64,000 nucleotides of DNA from Carpediemonas membranifera BICM (Eukaryota > Protista > Fornicata): positions 793,666-857,665 of the forward strand of contig JAHDYR010000062.1 in NCBI GenBank assembly GCA_019828565.1, written 5' to 3'. A program made the position numbers and the translations under genes. Positions 20,053 through 32,700 of the stretch are shown here, piece by piece. Positions within the stretch are counted from its first letter, which is position 1. Every line of letters starts with the position of its first letter. The notes under the pieces are model-generated. The model saw only the letters and a list, made by a program, of their open reading frames with translations. It had not been told where the DNA came from and searched no databases.

Positions 20053-20292
20053 ATGGATTGCAAATGAGTCTTTTTAATGTCTCACCACCTGTTTGGGCCT
20101 CAGCGCTGTCGTTCAGGCCAATCCACGTTTGTGGATCCGTGCAGTTTATGGCTTATCGACCGGACATCTCCTGAACTGAGCGCCAGGGGGCGGAGGTGGC
20201 GTTGGCGTGGGGCGTGGAGGCGCTGGGGGCGGGGGTGGCGTTGATATTGGGCAATTACATAAAGTGCACGGTGCTTGGAATTTCATTCCAAC
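19963..20292 (+). repeat. Left arm of ~330-bp inverted repeat
   Basis: Reverse complement of 42674-43004. Confidence 0.92.
20093..20292. promoter_or_regulatory. ~200-bp module: palindrome, outward-facing ATAAA(C/G)TGCAC boxes, G-rich core, TTTCATT Inr-like (putative bidirectional promoter)
   Basis: Recurs inverted at ~34532-34731 and every ~2036 bp to 42872; partial copy at 16645-16706. Confidence 0.55.
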
Positions 20293-20359
20293 TATAACCA
20301 TTCCAACAACGATATACATAAACTTTTAGTAACCATTTAACGTCTCTTGGCGATATACG

Positions 20360-22094
20360 ATGCTAGACTTGTTCACTTGGCTGGAAGAAGCCACTGAGTT
20401 CGATAAGAAGGAGCTAATGACCAAGATCAATGCAGCTGCAAGCGCTAAAGGCAAATGCGACGTCCTTCGCGCGCTTTTGCTGCCTAGGCGCGATTTACTC
20501 GCTACTGTGATCAAGGAACGTACGTTACTGAGCGAAATTGTTTACACAGGTGTTAATATCAAGCGTATTGCCACGTTCTTCCGCCTCACGCGCCAGGAGA
20601 CGGAAGATATGAAGAAGGACCTTAAGGCGCAGTTTATGGCGACGATGAAATTGAATGAGGGTGAAAGGGTCACAGGGGAACACAAGAAAACACTGAAGCA
20701 GGTCCTCGGCGGGGATACCTTCACGCACCTGTACGACGGCGAGGTGGAGAGCGCGCGTATTCGGGTGAAGAAGAGCATTCGTGAGGCTAGAATGAAGACA
20801 AACGCTAGGCTTGAGTGTGAACTCGCGAAGGAGGAGGACGAGGACATCAGGGATTGTACTCGGGTTCAGATGATGAAGCTGGCCGATGAGGAAGACCGAA
20901 AGGAGTTGGAAAAGGAGATGGAATACACGCGCGAGTCCAAGTATGACGTGGTATGGGGAGCGAGTGTACGATGAGATCTGCGGTACTCGTCGTGTGCGGG
21001 CCCGCAAGGATAACGCCCCCTGTCCCGGCGAGGATCACGCCGACCACGTGCTTCAGCGCTATCTCTGGGCCGACCAGATCGATACTCAGGCGCTTACTGG
21101 CGAGAAGACGTTGACCACGAGACTCCCTGCTGAAGCTCGAGTCGTACGTCGCGTGACAGCCAGTCTGATCTCTGCTCAGAAGACGGAGATCCAATCTCTC
21201 AAGGAGCAGGTCGAGCGGCTGAAGAAGCAGGTGACTGACGAGAGAAGAGACCACTTTCTTGAGTGCAGGCGTATCCATCATGAGCATGACGTTGGGTACC
21301 TTGCTTCCTGCGATGTTTCGTTCGCCGCCAGCCCCATTCCGCCACAGTCTGGCACGCTCTCCAGGACTTCCTGCCCCCGACGCGCTACGAACGAGCCCGA
21401 GGCCTCCATGTCTGTGAAGCGCAAGGCCCTCTTCATCACGCCCGAGAAGGCCAGGCCTGAGGACTCGGAGGAGGAGTCAGAGGAGGAGGAGACAGAGGAG
21501 GAGCAGGAGGAGGCGAAGGAGAAGAGGGGTGAGGCAGAAGAGGAGACGGTGAACACATGCGACGCCTGCATCCAGACTGAGCCGGAGACTCAGACTCGCA
21601 TCACCTCTGAGGCCGCGGTGCAGACGTGCATCAACGTGGAGGCTCTCACGACTAACTGTACCGCGATTCATGTCAAGAGTGACGGCAACTGCGTTGCATA
21701 TTGTCTCCAAGCCATTGAGTTGGGTGGCCGAGTTGATGGCGACTTCGAAAAGTGGCAGCGTGGCCTCTGCCAGTCAGTGAAGGCCAAGTACTGGTCTAAG
21801 AAGAATGTCACGGAGCGTAGCCTGACAGATCCGGACTCCGGCTACTATAACTCGAACGCCATCCGAGTCTGGGCAAGGAAGCAGAAGCGGAACATCCTTG
21901 TTGTCCAGTCATACGACGGATACAACGGCATGCAAGGCATCTCCGCCATCTTATACCTGTTTGATGGCACCACCATGCTTGCACCCGATGCAGACTTGTG
22001 GGGGTTGACAGATAATTTCGCTATTGTCATCGAAGGCAATCCGGCTCACGCCACGCTGTACCAGAAGAAGTGCGAGGTCGTTGAAATTGAATAA
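20360..22094 (+). CDS. Coiled-coil/acidic protein with C-terminal OTU-like cysteine protease; one frameshift near 20950
   Basis: HVKSDGNCVAYCL...AIRVWA...NPAHATLY (OTU D-G-N-C...H); ORFs 20360-20974 and 20886-22094 join by removing one G. Confidence 0.7.
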
Positions 22095-22230
22095 AGATTT
22101 GGATATGCCTTTGTAGTGCGTTCGACTGTGTACGTTTAGGGAGAAGGCTGAGACGGAGAAGAAGGAGGACAAGGAGGTGGAGACAGAGGAGAAGAAGGGT
22201 AAGTAGGCAGACGAGGAGGAGCCTGACACG

Positions 22231-22855
22231 GTGGTGCGTGGGCCGGAAGATGACGACAATATGTCAGTCGTGTCGATCAGTGACAACGAGCATGAGCCTG
22301 AGCTGGTCTTCGACGTACAAACCGCGATCGACAGGATCCTGACCTGCCCTGCCAAGGAGATTCACCGTGACGGAGCCTGCATCGCTCATTCGCTCAACGA
22401 CATTAAGCACGGCCAAGTACTGGGTAAGAATCGAATCAAACATTTCAAAAAATCATCTGAGAGAACACACCGAGGAATCCATGGCCAAAAAGGCCGAGGG
22501 CCAGGTCAGGGGCACATGGTGGGACCCTTCCGAGCTGTTCAACGGCCAGGGCTGGCTGACAAGCACTGCTATCTCGGCTTGGACGCATCTTGAGAAGGAG
22601 AAGGTCATGGTCCTGCAGCGCAGAGAAGAGGAAGATGGTCGCATAGTCAACTCAGCGACTGTTTACGACAACGGAAGGGTCTACCCTCAGGATTTCAGAA
22701 GTCTGACTCAACTCAGTGATGCCATCAGGGAGACGGGCCACGAGAAGGTCATTGTCATTACGGGTAATCATGCCACGGTGTATCTCGTGGCGGAGCTTCT
22801 GTCAGATGGCACTGGTGAAGAGAGTGTGCCGAAGACAAGGAAGGGGAGGAAGTAA
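22231..22855 (+). pseudogene. Second OTU-like domain, frameshifted
   Basis: IHRDGACIAHSL / WLTSTAISAW...GNHATVY split across two frames; paralogous to the upstream OTU. Confidence 0.6.
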
Positions 22856-23744
22856 ATGGTTTGATGTGTTCGGCTGTCTTTCATCTGTGAAATGAGAACA
22901 GGCGTGAGTGTCATGGACACAGATGGCCCGGACAGCGTTGCCAGTTAAAATGTCCGGTATGGAAAGTTGGAATCACCAACCGGAACAAAGCCAAGCGCCG
23001 AGGAATGATAGCCATTGGCGATTCTTTCGAGGTTTATAGAGCTCAAAACAGAGCGGCGGTGACCTATAGCGCGGAATGCCACATTTTGGTCAATTCAGCA
23101 TCGGGAGTTCTCCTGCTCGGGGAATACCAGCAGGAACAGCATAACTCTTTACCACTTCTACCCATAGGGCGCACGAGGCCTCTCTCTAGCCTCCTCGATG
23201 AGATCGCCTGAGACCAAGTCAAACGGAAGCGAAACGGGCCGGTGGCAGAAAACTGGAAGATGCGAGCGCCGGAGGCACGAGCCGTCGCCCCTGAAACCAC
23301 CCTGCCTGCCTTGTATAACCCGCTAGCGGACGGGCGCTGTGCTTGGGTTGGTTCTCTGTGCTCCCTAAAGTGCACCCTCTGGGGCAACGAAACCCGTATG
23401 GGCATGGAGCCCCCGGTGAGCGGTCTGATGGGATATTACCATCCAAAAGACCAAGGGAAGCTTACCGCCCGGACGTTCCTCAACCCACAGGGCAAAGAAC
23501 GTCCAGAGGAGCCCCCAGCAACATGCCAAGGGCCCTCACCACTGCAACCAAGCCGAAACCAAGGTATGAACTCATGAATTTAGTAGGAATGACGCGCAAC
23601 TGGAGGGAAACCCAAATGGCGCCCTGTGGCCGCGCTCCCCGCTGGGAGAAGGGGAGAATGCCGGGGCCCAGCAACCCGAGTGGTAGGCAGATACCGCAAG
23701 GAACAGCAGCAACATGGTCTCAACCCCCATTCAACCCTGGGTGT

Positions 23745-24525
23745 TTACTGAGGAGTCCCGGCGCCCAGGAACTCCACTGAGGGGCTTCCGTCGGCAAGGA
23801 AATGGGAAACCGAAGGGACATACTGCCTAAGGGCCCGCTCAAGAGCGCCCCTGCTGCTGCGATACATAACCATCTGGGACTGAGAAGTGCGCTGGAATGC
23901 CAAAATGGCCTGTAGGTTCTCGACAGGCTGATCCTCGTCGGTCCCCTCATGGAGCATGTCCACGAAGGCATAGGCACACGAGTGCCAGTCCATGGCGATG
24001 CGATCCAAAGTGCTGAGAGCGTCGAGGGCTGACGCAAGTGGAGCCACAGGCTGACGAACGGTGCGAGCCCCAGCTGGGGAGGAAGCCAATGGCGTGACAA
24101 ACGGGGCAGCGCCCTCGCCGTTGTGAGGACCGGGGGAAGCAGGGGACCGGGCCAGCTGGAGGCGGCGGGGGACGGCTTTCCCCTGGAAGGAGCGGAAGAG
24201 TCGGCGTTGAGGACTCCTGAGGCCCCATCCCACCAGGTTGGGGAGCAGAGGCGCGGGCGCTGCGGGAGGAAGGCAATGCCAATGACCCGGGGGGCAGCTC
24301 CTCCACAGAGGACGATGTGGTGGAAGAATCCGACCCCCAGCCCTCTCTAGGGGTCTGGGGCTCCGCCGCGGCAATGCCTGGGCCTTGGAGGTGATCGGCA
24401 TGAGGGCCAAGAGGGGAATCAGGTACCTTAGAAGGCTGAACCTTAGCTGCGGCAATGCCTGGGCCTTGGTGGTAGTCGCCAGGCGGGCTAATGGGTGTAA
24501 CAGGAACCAAATGTGGTGAACTCAT
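23745..24525 (-). CDS. Antisense ORF in the LINE A 5' region (one frameshift)
   Basis: Pro/Ser-rich N-terminus then helical domain ALDALSTLDRIAMDW...; stop inside AGTAAAC. Confidence 0.45.
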
Positions 24526-24686
24526 ATTATGGCTACAAGGTTCGCAACCGACCCCGCATCTCAGGCAATAGGCCACACCTCCCCGCCCCTGCTCGGAAAG
24601 GCCAACGTGCAACGCCACAAGGCTATGGTGTGATCAGGTGATGGAGCACTAAAATGCACACTCCTCATCCGAGCCACCGGCCGGCA

Positions 24687-26150
24687 ATGGACGCGTTTCC
24701 CAGGAACCCACAGGGCGGGTACGTTGCCCGAGCAGAAGATCTCCTCCCCGAGCATCCCATAGGGCCTCCTCTACGCAAGGAGCGCACGAGAACCGAGAAA
24801 ATCGCCGACTTGATCCGGATGTACGGCGACCTAAAAGGGTATAGCAAGATAAAGGATCCCTTCCCCCCAGGAGTGGATCACCAGCTACAGTGGTGGCAGA
24901 ATCCCAGCCGAGAAAGGGAAATAACGGCTACCCAAATGCTAGAAAATGACATCCTGCTATACCACTACGCCCTGATAACCGGAAGGCCATGGTGGGTAAG
25001 CCAGGCGGCCTGGAAAATCCACCGCGAGGACCAACAGCGCCGGCCACTGCCCCGATGCGGGCCGGCCTTCGTGATGTTCACCTCCAAGGCCGATTACTCC
25101 CTGACCCCGGGTTTCCCAGCCTACGAGCGCCGGCAACGGCGCCTACAGGCGAGGCGGGCAGGGAGGGCTCCCGCTCCGGGGGATTCATGCCGACTTTCCC
25201 CCTCCGACTTTTCGAGACCAATTTCGGCCACAAACACAAAGTTCCCCCAACAAGCCATGGGCCGGGGGAATGATGTAGACGAAGCTGGAACAGAGCTCAC
25301 CAAGCTTGGAAAACGCTTAGCTACGACCGAAGAGTGGCAAAAAGTCCGAAGAGCAGCCGATTCCATCCTCGCCAAGTGCAACAACACCACAGTGATCTTC
25401 TCGAGGGATAACGCCGCCAACTTCAAGGTATCAAGCCCGCCACCGGCTAGATCCTTGCTGTTCGAGCTAGTTGCCAGCACTCTCAAGGCCGCAGGTCACC
25501 AAAGCCTCACAGGGCCTGGGATCAGGACAAGGTTCGGCCAGCAGAGCGCCGCCTGGCTCCTCAAGGCAGGCGGCCAAGCCACAGCCGGCTCAGCGAAAGC
25601 GCCAGGTGCGGACAGAGCCCACAACAACGTCAACAACAAGTGGGCGGCCCTAGGTCGGGCCTGGGAGGATGCCCCCGTCCCCCTTAGCCCCAGACCCCCA
25701 GCAGGAGGCTTCCCCCCCCTTGACGGACAGGCCGTCAAGCCCTGGGAAGGTGGCATGTTCTCCGCGATAGCTGTCTACAGCAGGACCGATGGGGTGACCA
25801 GACCTGTGTTGGTTAGCAGGACACCCACGGATTCAGCCCTCAACATTGCCGGCGACGAGCTAGCGCGCAGTGAGGCCGAAGACTTAGTGCTTCGCTGGAC
25901 GGTTCCGGGCTTCAAAGAGCTGTGGGCCGCATGGGATACTACTACCCGGCCAATGCCGGCCCCTGAGTTCATCCACCCGGACCTCTGCGACGCTTCCACC
26001 CTCGTTAGCAGGATCGCAAACATCTGGATGGCGGACCAGGGTACCAAGCTGCTCGCCACCGAATCCACAGGGGGACGGCCCGCCCAAGGGCAACGAGCAA
26101 ACCGACAACCCACCCCACGAGGGCAACCCGGTCACCCCCCCACCGAATAA
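24687..26150 (+). CDS. LINE A accessory ORF (~487 aa), unknown function
   Basis: Long open frame preceded by TAAAATGCAC and a TCAT Inr-like motif. Confidence 0.65.
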   Translation: MDAFPRNPQGGYVARAEDLLPEHPIGPPLRKERTRTEKIADLIRMYGDLKGYSKIKDPFPPGVDHQLQWWQNPSREREITATQMLENDILLYHYALITGRPWWVSQAAWKIHREDQQRRPLPRCGPAFVMFTSKADYSLTPGFPAYERRQRRLQARRAGRAPAPGDSCRLSPSDFSRPISATNTKFPQQAMGRGNDVDEAGTELTKLGKRLATTEEWQKVRRAADSILAKCNNTTVIFSRDNAANFKVSSPPPARSLLFELVASTLKAAGHQSLTGPGIRTRFGQQSAAWLLKAGGQATAGSAKAPGADRAHNNVNNKWAALGRAWEDAPVPLSPRPPAGGFPPLDGQAVKPWEGGMFSAIAVYSRTDGVTRPVLVSRTPTDSALNIAGDELARSEAEDLVLRWTVPGFKELWAAWDTTTRPMPAPEFIHPDLCDASTLVSRIANIWMADQGTKLLATESTGGRPAQGQRANRQPTPRGQPGHPPTE

Positions 26151-26535
26151 TGGCAGAGCAAGTGCAGGTGATAGCCCGCCCAACGGCGGCCCAAGGACGG
26201 ACCCACCACCAGGGGCAACCTGGGGGTTGCCCCGCACAACGGCGGCGACCCGACCACTGGCCAACCCAACATGGGCGATCCAGTCGCCCCCTCGTTCATT
26301 GGGGGCGAAGCAGGTTGGAACCCAACTAGCGGGGGAACCCCGCCACCATGCCCAGCGGCGAAAGTGCGGGCTCGGAGACCGGGGGTACCCAAGATGGCCC
26401 CCGGCCCAACGCCGACGACTCGGCCAGAAGAGTCCCTGGCAGTGATAGTGACGTCAACCCGCCAAGGGGTAGAGAACTGTCAGCCAACAGCAGACTCCCC
26501 CGTCCTGCCCGCTCACCAACCCGCAGGGCAAGAGG

Positions 26536-28145
26536 ATGCTGATCGGGTGCATTGACTTCGAAGCGTCCAAACCCGCATCCAAGGCGGGGGATGAGGCCGT
26601 CATATGCGAAGGGGCGGTCATAGTCTTTGACCCCGCCAACGGGAATATCGTCGCCAGTCTGCACGGGATGTTAGGCGAAGATATTCGGGTGGCCGACCTC
26701 GACCAGGCTCTGATGAGCTCAAGAATTCTCCACGGTTGCCCCCCAGCCACCTTCGTCGACATCACCACTGGGCAGGCCCCCAGGGATTCGAAAGCACATT
26801 CCCAAACAGCACCACATGGTGCGCGGAAATGATCGATGCCCTCCGGCGTCTCGAAGGACACCATAACGCGTTCATCCACCTGACTGCCAAAGGGGTGGAA
26901 GCTGAACGAAGTGTCCTCACGAGCGCCAAATACGTACCGGATTCCACGGCCAGGGCATGGGTAGCCACCCACCTAATCGATGAAGCCGGCCTAGATGCGG
27001 TGTACCCCCGTCTCAATAGCACCCTCACCCTCTTCTACCCCCCCTCCCAGGAGGACCGCCCGGTCCGAGAGACCCTCCCACAGGAGGACCAGAAGGCAGC
27101 CGAGCAGGCCAAGGTCTGGACCCGCGACCAGCAAAGGAGAAGGGAACCCAAGGGGCTGTGCCCCTATCACAGGAACGCACCAGCCTACTGTCACTGTGCG
27201 CTTGCGGATGTATCGCTCTTCTACACAAGACTCTCCCTGGCCATCCACATGCTGTATAACCCGTGGACCTGGGCTGATGTGGGAGCGGAACTAATCGCAC
27301 GAGGAGGGAAAGTGACGGGGGCACAAAGCCCCATCATTAGAGTAGGACACGGGGTCCCAGACCTGGCTGTAGAGATCAACCGCCATAGAGGGCGAGAGGT
27401 CATCACACCCCTGGGGCAACTACAGCACGTGATCTTTACCACCAAGCCGCGTCCGAAGGAAATCCACATGGCCAACACGACCGCGCAAGAGTTCAGCACA
27501 GGAAAAGGAATCCTAAGGGTCCTTGAAAGGAGGGGCGTAGCCGTTCTCAGCCCGGACTCCTGCCCAAGCACGAGACCCCTGGTCGTGGAGCTCCTATCCG
27601 AGTGGAACGGTAGGCGCCGCGTAGCAAGGGAGAAGGGCTACTGGCCAGACTTCTATGGCAACCGTACCACCCTGGACCCCAGGGTCATGGAGCAACTCCC
27701 GGTCAAACTCCACCCCGAGCTCCTGACCCTATCCCAGGCAGCCTCGCTGGTCCCGCTCCATAAGCATGACATGATGCATGGGGGCTCAGCCCAGCAGCTG
27801 AGACACCGGCTCACCCACTGCCTGGTGAACATCGGCGATAGAGCACCAGCGGGCGTCCCGAAACTCATCGTAAGCGCGGAACTCCGGCGCCAAGATAGAG
27901 GGCCCAGGCATTATGTCAACTTCTTCCCCTCGGTTCTTCCCCTAGACTGGGGCATCCGCACAGTAGAACAAGGAGGGGAGCCTGGAAGACGCCGCCCGAG
28001 CGCCTTGGGCGAACCCCAATACGACGGCACCCTGGCCCTGGGATGCAGTCCCATGATGAGACTACCCCCATCCGCCTGTGGGACTTCCCGTACACCCAGA
28101 ACAACGACGGGCACAGGTCGCAGCGAGAGCAAAAAGAGGCTGTGA
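26536..28145 (+). CDS. LINE A ORF with Maelstrom-like DEDDh nuclease domain (~26536-27230); frameshift near 26780
   Basis: CIDFE..ICE..LHGCP | TAKGVEAE..CPYH..HCALADV = DEDDh plus Maelstrom zinc motif. Confidence 0.75.
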
Positions 28146-28520
28146 CCGCGGCAAGGGCCGCGCTTAGAGCCTGCCTCGAAGAGCACCGGGAGAGGCTCAC
28201 CAACGAGATTCACCAAGGCATGGAGTGGCCGGCCCTAGGGCTGCTTGAGGGCCCGCTCACCGAGAACCGACAGGTCCCCACCCCGAACCCATCTCAAAGG
28301 AAGGTGAACGCCACCCCCTCCCCCAGCAGGCTCCAAGGGGAAACAAACCCCACCCCCAACCCGCGCCAGGTAACCCCCGCCCACCCCACCCCAAGGGCAA
28401 TCATCACCCCTAATGCGCACCAGGTAAGCCCTGCTTACCCCACTCCCAGAGGAATGAACCCCCCCACCCGGCCCCGGGACAGGCGATCCTCACGCCTCAC
28501 AAAGAGGCCAACCCCCGGCG

Positions 28521-29051
28521 ATGCCTCTGAGCCAGGCTTTCGAGCACCGGCCCCCGCCGGGCGGCCCCGAAGGGAAGAGGCCCCCAAACCCAAGACTGGG
28601 CACGGTCGATCAGATGGGTGCCTACATCCAAGCCCTCTTCCAAGCGGAGGTGGAGCGAAGAGCTGAAGAAGAGCGGCAGCGGACCATGAGCCATTACGAA
28701 GAGGAAGTCTCCCGGCTGAACAACGAGGTTGCCCACCTCCAAGGCCAGCTGGCCAAGGAAAGGGAAGCCCTAGCAAGAGGAGCGAGCGAGCGCCAGCGCC
28801 TCCAGCGCATCGCCGAGAAATCGGAGGCCTTCAAAGAGCCAGCCTCAGGCTCCGTGAAACAAACAGAGTCCTCGAGGCCAGGCTTGAGGAGGCGCTTGCC
28901 GCCGCCAACGGAAGCGACGAGGAAGAAGAGCTCCTACGCATCGGAATGGAGCACGAGAGCGACGAACCAGATCAAGAGATGCATGAGTAACGAGCCATAC
29001 CAAAGCAGTGGAGGGAAGAGTGCAGAGTCTAAAAGGGATGTGTATATATAG
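28521..29051 (+). CDS. Coiled-coil segment, likely C-terminal part of LINE A ORF1
   Basis: Heptads YEEEVSRLNNEVAHLQGQLAKEREAL. Confidence 0.5.
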   Translation: MPLSQAFEHRPPPGGPEGKRPPNPRLGTVDQMGAYIQALFQAEVERRAEEERQRTMSHYEEEVSRLNNEVAHLQGQLAKEREALARGASERQRLQRIAEKSEAFKEPASGSVKQTESSRPGLRRRLPPPTEATRKKSSYASEWSTRATNQIKRCMSNEPYQSSGGKSAESKRDVYI

Positions 29052-29718
29052 CACGTTAGTGTAGGACTAGGTGAAGTGAAGGCGCCGGAATAGGTGCAGC
29101 GTTGGAGCCCGCCAGAAGGGCTGTACTGGCGCCAATGCCCGGGTGACTTTTCTTTTCTTAAAACCCCTGTTCCCCGCAGGGACCGGGGGGCGGGTAAGAG
29201 GCAGTTGGAACGCCATCGAGGACCCGCCTGTCCGGCAGGCTGGAACTCCAGCCTTGGGAGGGGCGCCGAAAGGAGTCGCTCCCACATATGCGTAGTTAGG
29301 TAACGATGCTGCCAATGTGCGAGGCCAGAAGCGCTATAGAGACTGGCACGAAAGTCCCGACAAGCACCGCGAGGGCGCGGCCAGTGAAAGGGGTGGTACA
29401 CCCTAGGTCAGCTCCAAGAGGGAACCTGGGCCACGTCTGGGGACTCTGGAGGAAGCAGCCGTTCTGGCCAAGCACCCCATGTGAATGGCGCATGCTTCTG
29501 GGTCCTGGAGAAATATCAAGGGCAAAGAAGACGCCTACCCGGGCCGCCCACCAACAACCCACAGGGCGGGAAGCGGCCCACCCAACGTGCTAAACAACGA
29601 CGACATAGGCGCTCACCCATTGGGAAGGCAACTATGCAGATGCTAAACCCCAACAACAAGATGAAAGTGTGCAGGTAGTGCAGAATAAGGAGTGCAGGTT
29701 AAGGCAGTAACAACCTGA

Positions 29719-32700
29719 ATGCGAATAGTCTCCCTTAACAGCCAAGGACACTTAACGGGCAATGAAGACTACAGCGGATCTATAGCGGTAGCGCTTCGCA
29801 AGCACACGAGCCCGGACGCCCTCCTCTTGCAGGAAACATTCAGGTACGGTAACTCCGTAGTCCCCTGTTGGGCGGACCTACAATACGCATGTGCAGGGCA
29901 CGCCAAACCCATCAAGGCTCGAAAGGGCAAGATTAACCTAGGCGTAGCCACGGTGATCAGCCCACATTCACAGGCAACCTGGGATGTAGGAGTATCTGAC
30001 GGCACGAACCCCCGAGTTCAAGTTAGCATCCTCGAAACCTCAAGGGCTATCGCAGTCATCAACATATACGCCCCTCCAAGTGACCGCAGCGCAGCGGAGC
30101 TAGACCGCTTCGACCAACAGCTGGAAAACATCGTCAGAGAGTACCACGGCTTCGAGATAATCATCATGGGGGACTGGAACCGTGACCCGCGGAGCCTGCG
30201 CCATGCCACCAGCGCCACACTACAGCGAAACAATCTAGACCTAGTTTTCCCCTCGTCTCACACATACATGAGTGGGAATACCACCTCGACGCTGGATTAT
30301 GCAGCTGTATCTGGGGGGATCACGAGGGCCAAAGCTAGAGTCATTGACAAAGCTGAGATGGGGCATTGGGGCTCCCCCATAGGGCAGTGGAGCTAACCTG
30401 GGACGAACCGCATTGGAAGAAACAACCGGCCAAACCCAAGCTGGAAATCCCAGGAACAACCACCTGGAATGTCCTCCCAGAGCGCAACGGGGAAAGGGCA
30501 AGGGAATGGCCGCAACCCGATGTGGAGCTCCATGTAGATACAATCGAGTACCAAATACGGGAACTCTTATCGGTGGGATTTCAAACTTCCGCTAGGAACG
30601 TCAGACCAGGGAGATCGCAAAAAGGATCCCGGAGAACGTATGGAAGCAACTCATCCTAGCCCGATGGAACAAAGCGGGGGCCGCGGAAATCAAGCGGACC
30701 CTGAACAACGAGCTCCAGAAGTCATGGAAAAGCTTCAAGGAGGAGTGGACGCAGCAGGTGGAAAACAGCGCAAGGGCAGGGTATAAGACCACCAAGAAGG
30801 TCATAGCAAACCAGGTCCACAGGTTCTGGAACGAGAAACAACACGCAGGGCTACCGGCGATGCTCAGAGGAAAGAGGTCGATCTTAACAAGGGAAAACGA
30901 GATAGCTAGGGAGCTGCAGAGGCAATACGCCCAAGTCAGTAGTGGCATAGCACCTAGTTGGGACCAGATCCCGGCGGCCCAAACAACTGATCAACCCCCA
31001 CGGAGGAGGAGGTCACGGCCGCCATCAAGTCCCTGAAGAAATCATCGGCAGGAGGCCCGGATGGTATCACGGGCGAATGTCTGAGAGACATCCCCCAGGC
31101 GGCCTACAGGGCAATCACATGCCTCTTCCAGAAAGTATACGAGTCTGGGGAACTACCCACCACGTGGAAGTACGCCTCCATCTCCCCGATACACAAAGTA
31201 GGGAAAGATAAGCTACTGCCAGGATCCTACCGACCCATCTCACTCACCCCCCCTCCTCTACCGAGCATATGGGAAGGTACTCAAATGGAGGCTCAAACCA
31301 ACAGTTGAGAGGCACACCCCCAGAGAGCAGATCGGCTTCATGAAGGGAAAGACAGTCATAGACCACATCGCCCTCCTAACCCAACTGCACCAAGAAGGAG
31401 ACCGGACCAGCGTGCTGCTCGACATTGCAAAGGCGTACGACACGGTTCCCAGGGACATCCTAGTCAGCAAGCTGATCAATATGGGTGTACACCCCCACCT
31501 AGTCAGAGCAGTACAAAGCACAATGGAGAGGACCTACATTGCGGTAAGGGGATCCGACCTATGGTCCGAAACGAACCTAGGAGTCAAGCAAGGTTGCGTG
31601 GTCGCCCCCACCCTATTCATACTATTTACGGCCAACTGGATTAGCCAGGCGTCACTCAGAATACAGTACGGCGAGATACCAGACCCGAAGCTTCCCCCAC
31701 CCACCACAGACCCGGGAATGGCATCATAGCAATGTTCGTAGACGATACGAGCATCTCGGCAAAGAAAGAAAATGATGCGGAGTCCCTCACCGCCGCAATG
31801 GTGGAAGTGATAGTGGCACACAAGCTGTGTATCAGCCCAGGAAAGAACATCGTCATAAGTACCAATCCAAATGCGGAAGTGCGAATTCAAGGGGAGGCCA
31901 CCCGAGCAGCGGAGTCAGGCCGATACTTGGGACTCTGGATAGCAAGTGGCCCTCATCCGCTCAGCGCATGCATCGCAAAGAAAAGAGAACAGTCGAACAA
32001 GTACATCGCCCTCGCCCGGAGAGTGGGATGGACTAAAGGCTCCACGCCCGCGGCTGTCTCCGAGTCCATCCTCCGCACCTTCCTATGGCCAAAGATCGAA
32101 TTCGGAATCGAAATCTGGGGCCAAGTCCCAGGAGGCAGAAGGCTTTGGAACGACTGGCGAGGACTCATGGCGGGAACCGGACCCGGTGGAGGGGTGTCGC
32201 CCGCCTGATGATGGGATGGATGTGCTGGGAAGCGGACATGGGTGTAAGAGCGGTTAGAATCCGCGAATCGGCCCGGGACCCTGACCGCCCATCGCCCCTA
32301 GCGGACTTCGACTGGGGAAGAGCGAACCCCAAGTCCGTTATCGGAAAGCTGAACAAGTGGGCAGACAACGTACTAGATCTGGCCCCTAGCGACCTTCACG
32401 GACCCAGACCCAGAGCAATAGCCGGGGGATGGAAGATGACAGCACGAGACATCGCCACCAAAGGTAGCCGAACAGCCAAGGCGGCCGCCGAAGTGCTAGC
32501 TGCGGAGGCAATGCAAACAATGGCAGGCGGGAGAGCACCCAAGAAACCAAAGATTATCAGAGGGGAGATGATGCTCAGGAGGGAGCTGAAGAGGGTAGTT
32601 GCAACAGCCTCCAACACGCTCCCCTCCGCTAGCAACAGCCACACAACTCGAGGAGCCGCGCTCATCATAAGCAGGAGGTACCCTGGGCAGGAAATGCTCT

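Noticed and set aside
20261-20273. GTG|CACGGTG as an RSS/Transib signal joint
   Set aside because: TAAAGTGCAC also occurs in an LTR and in LINE A, so a promoter motif explains it better; no nonamer or TSD seen.
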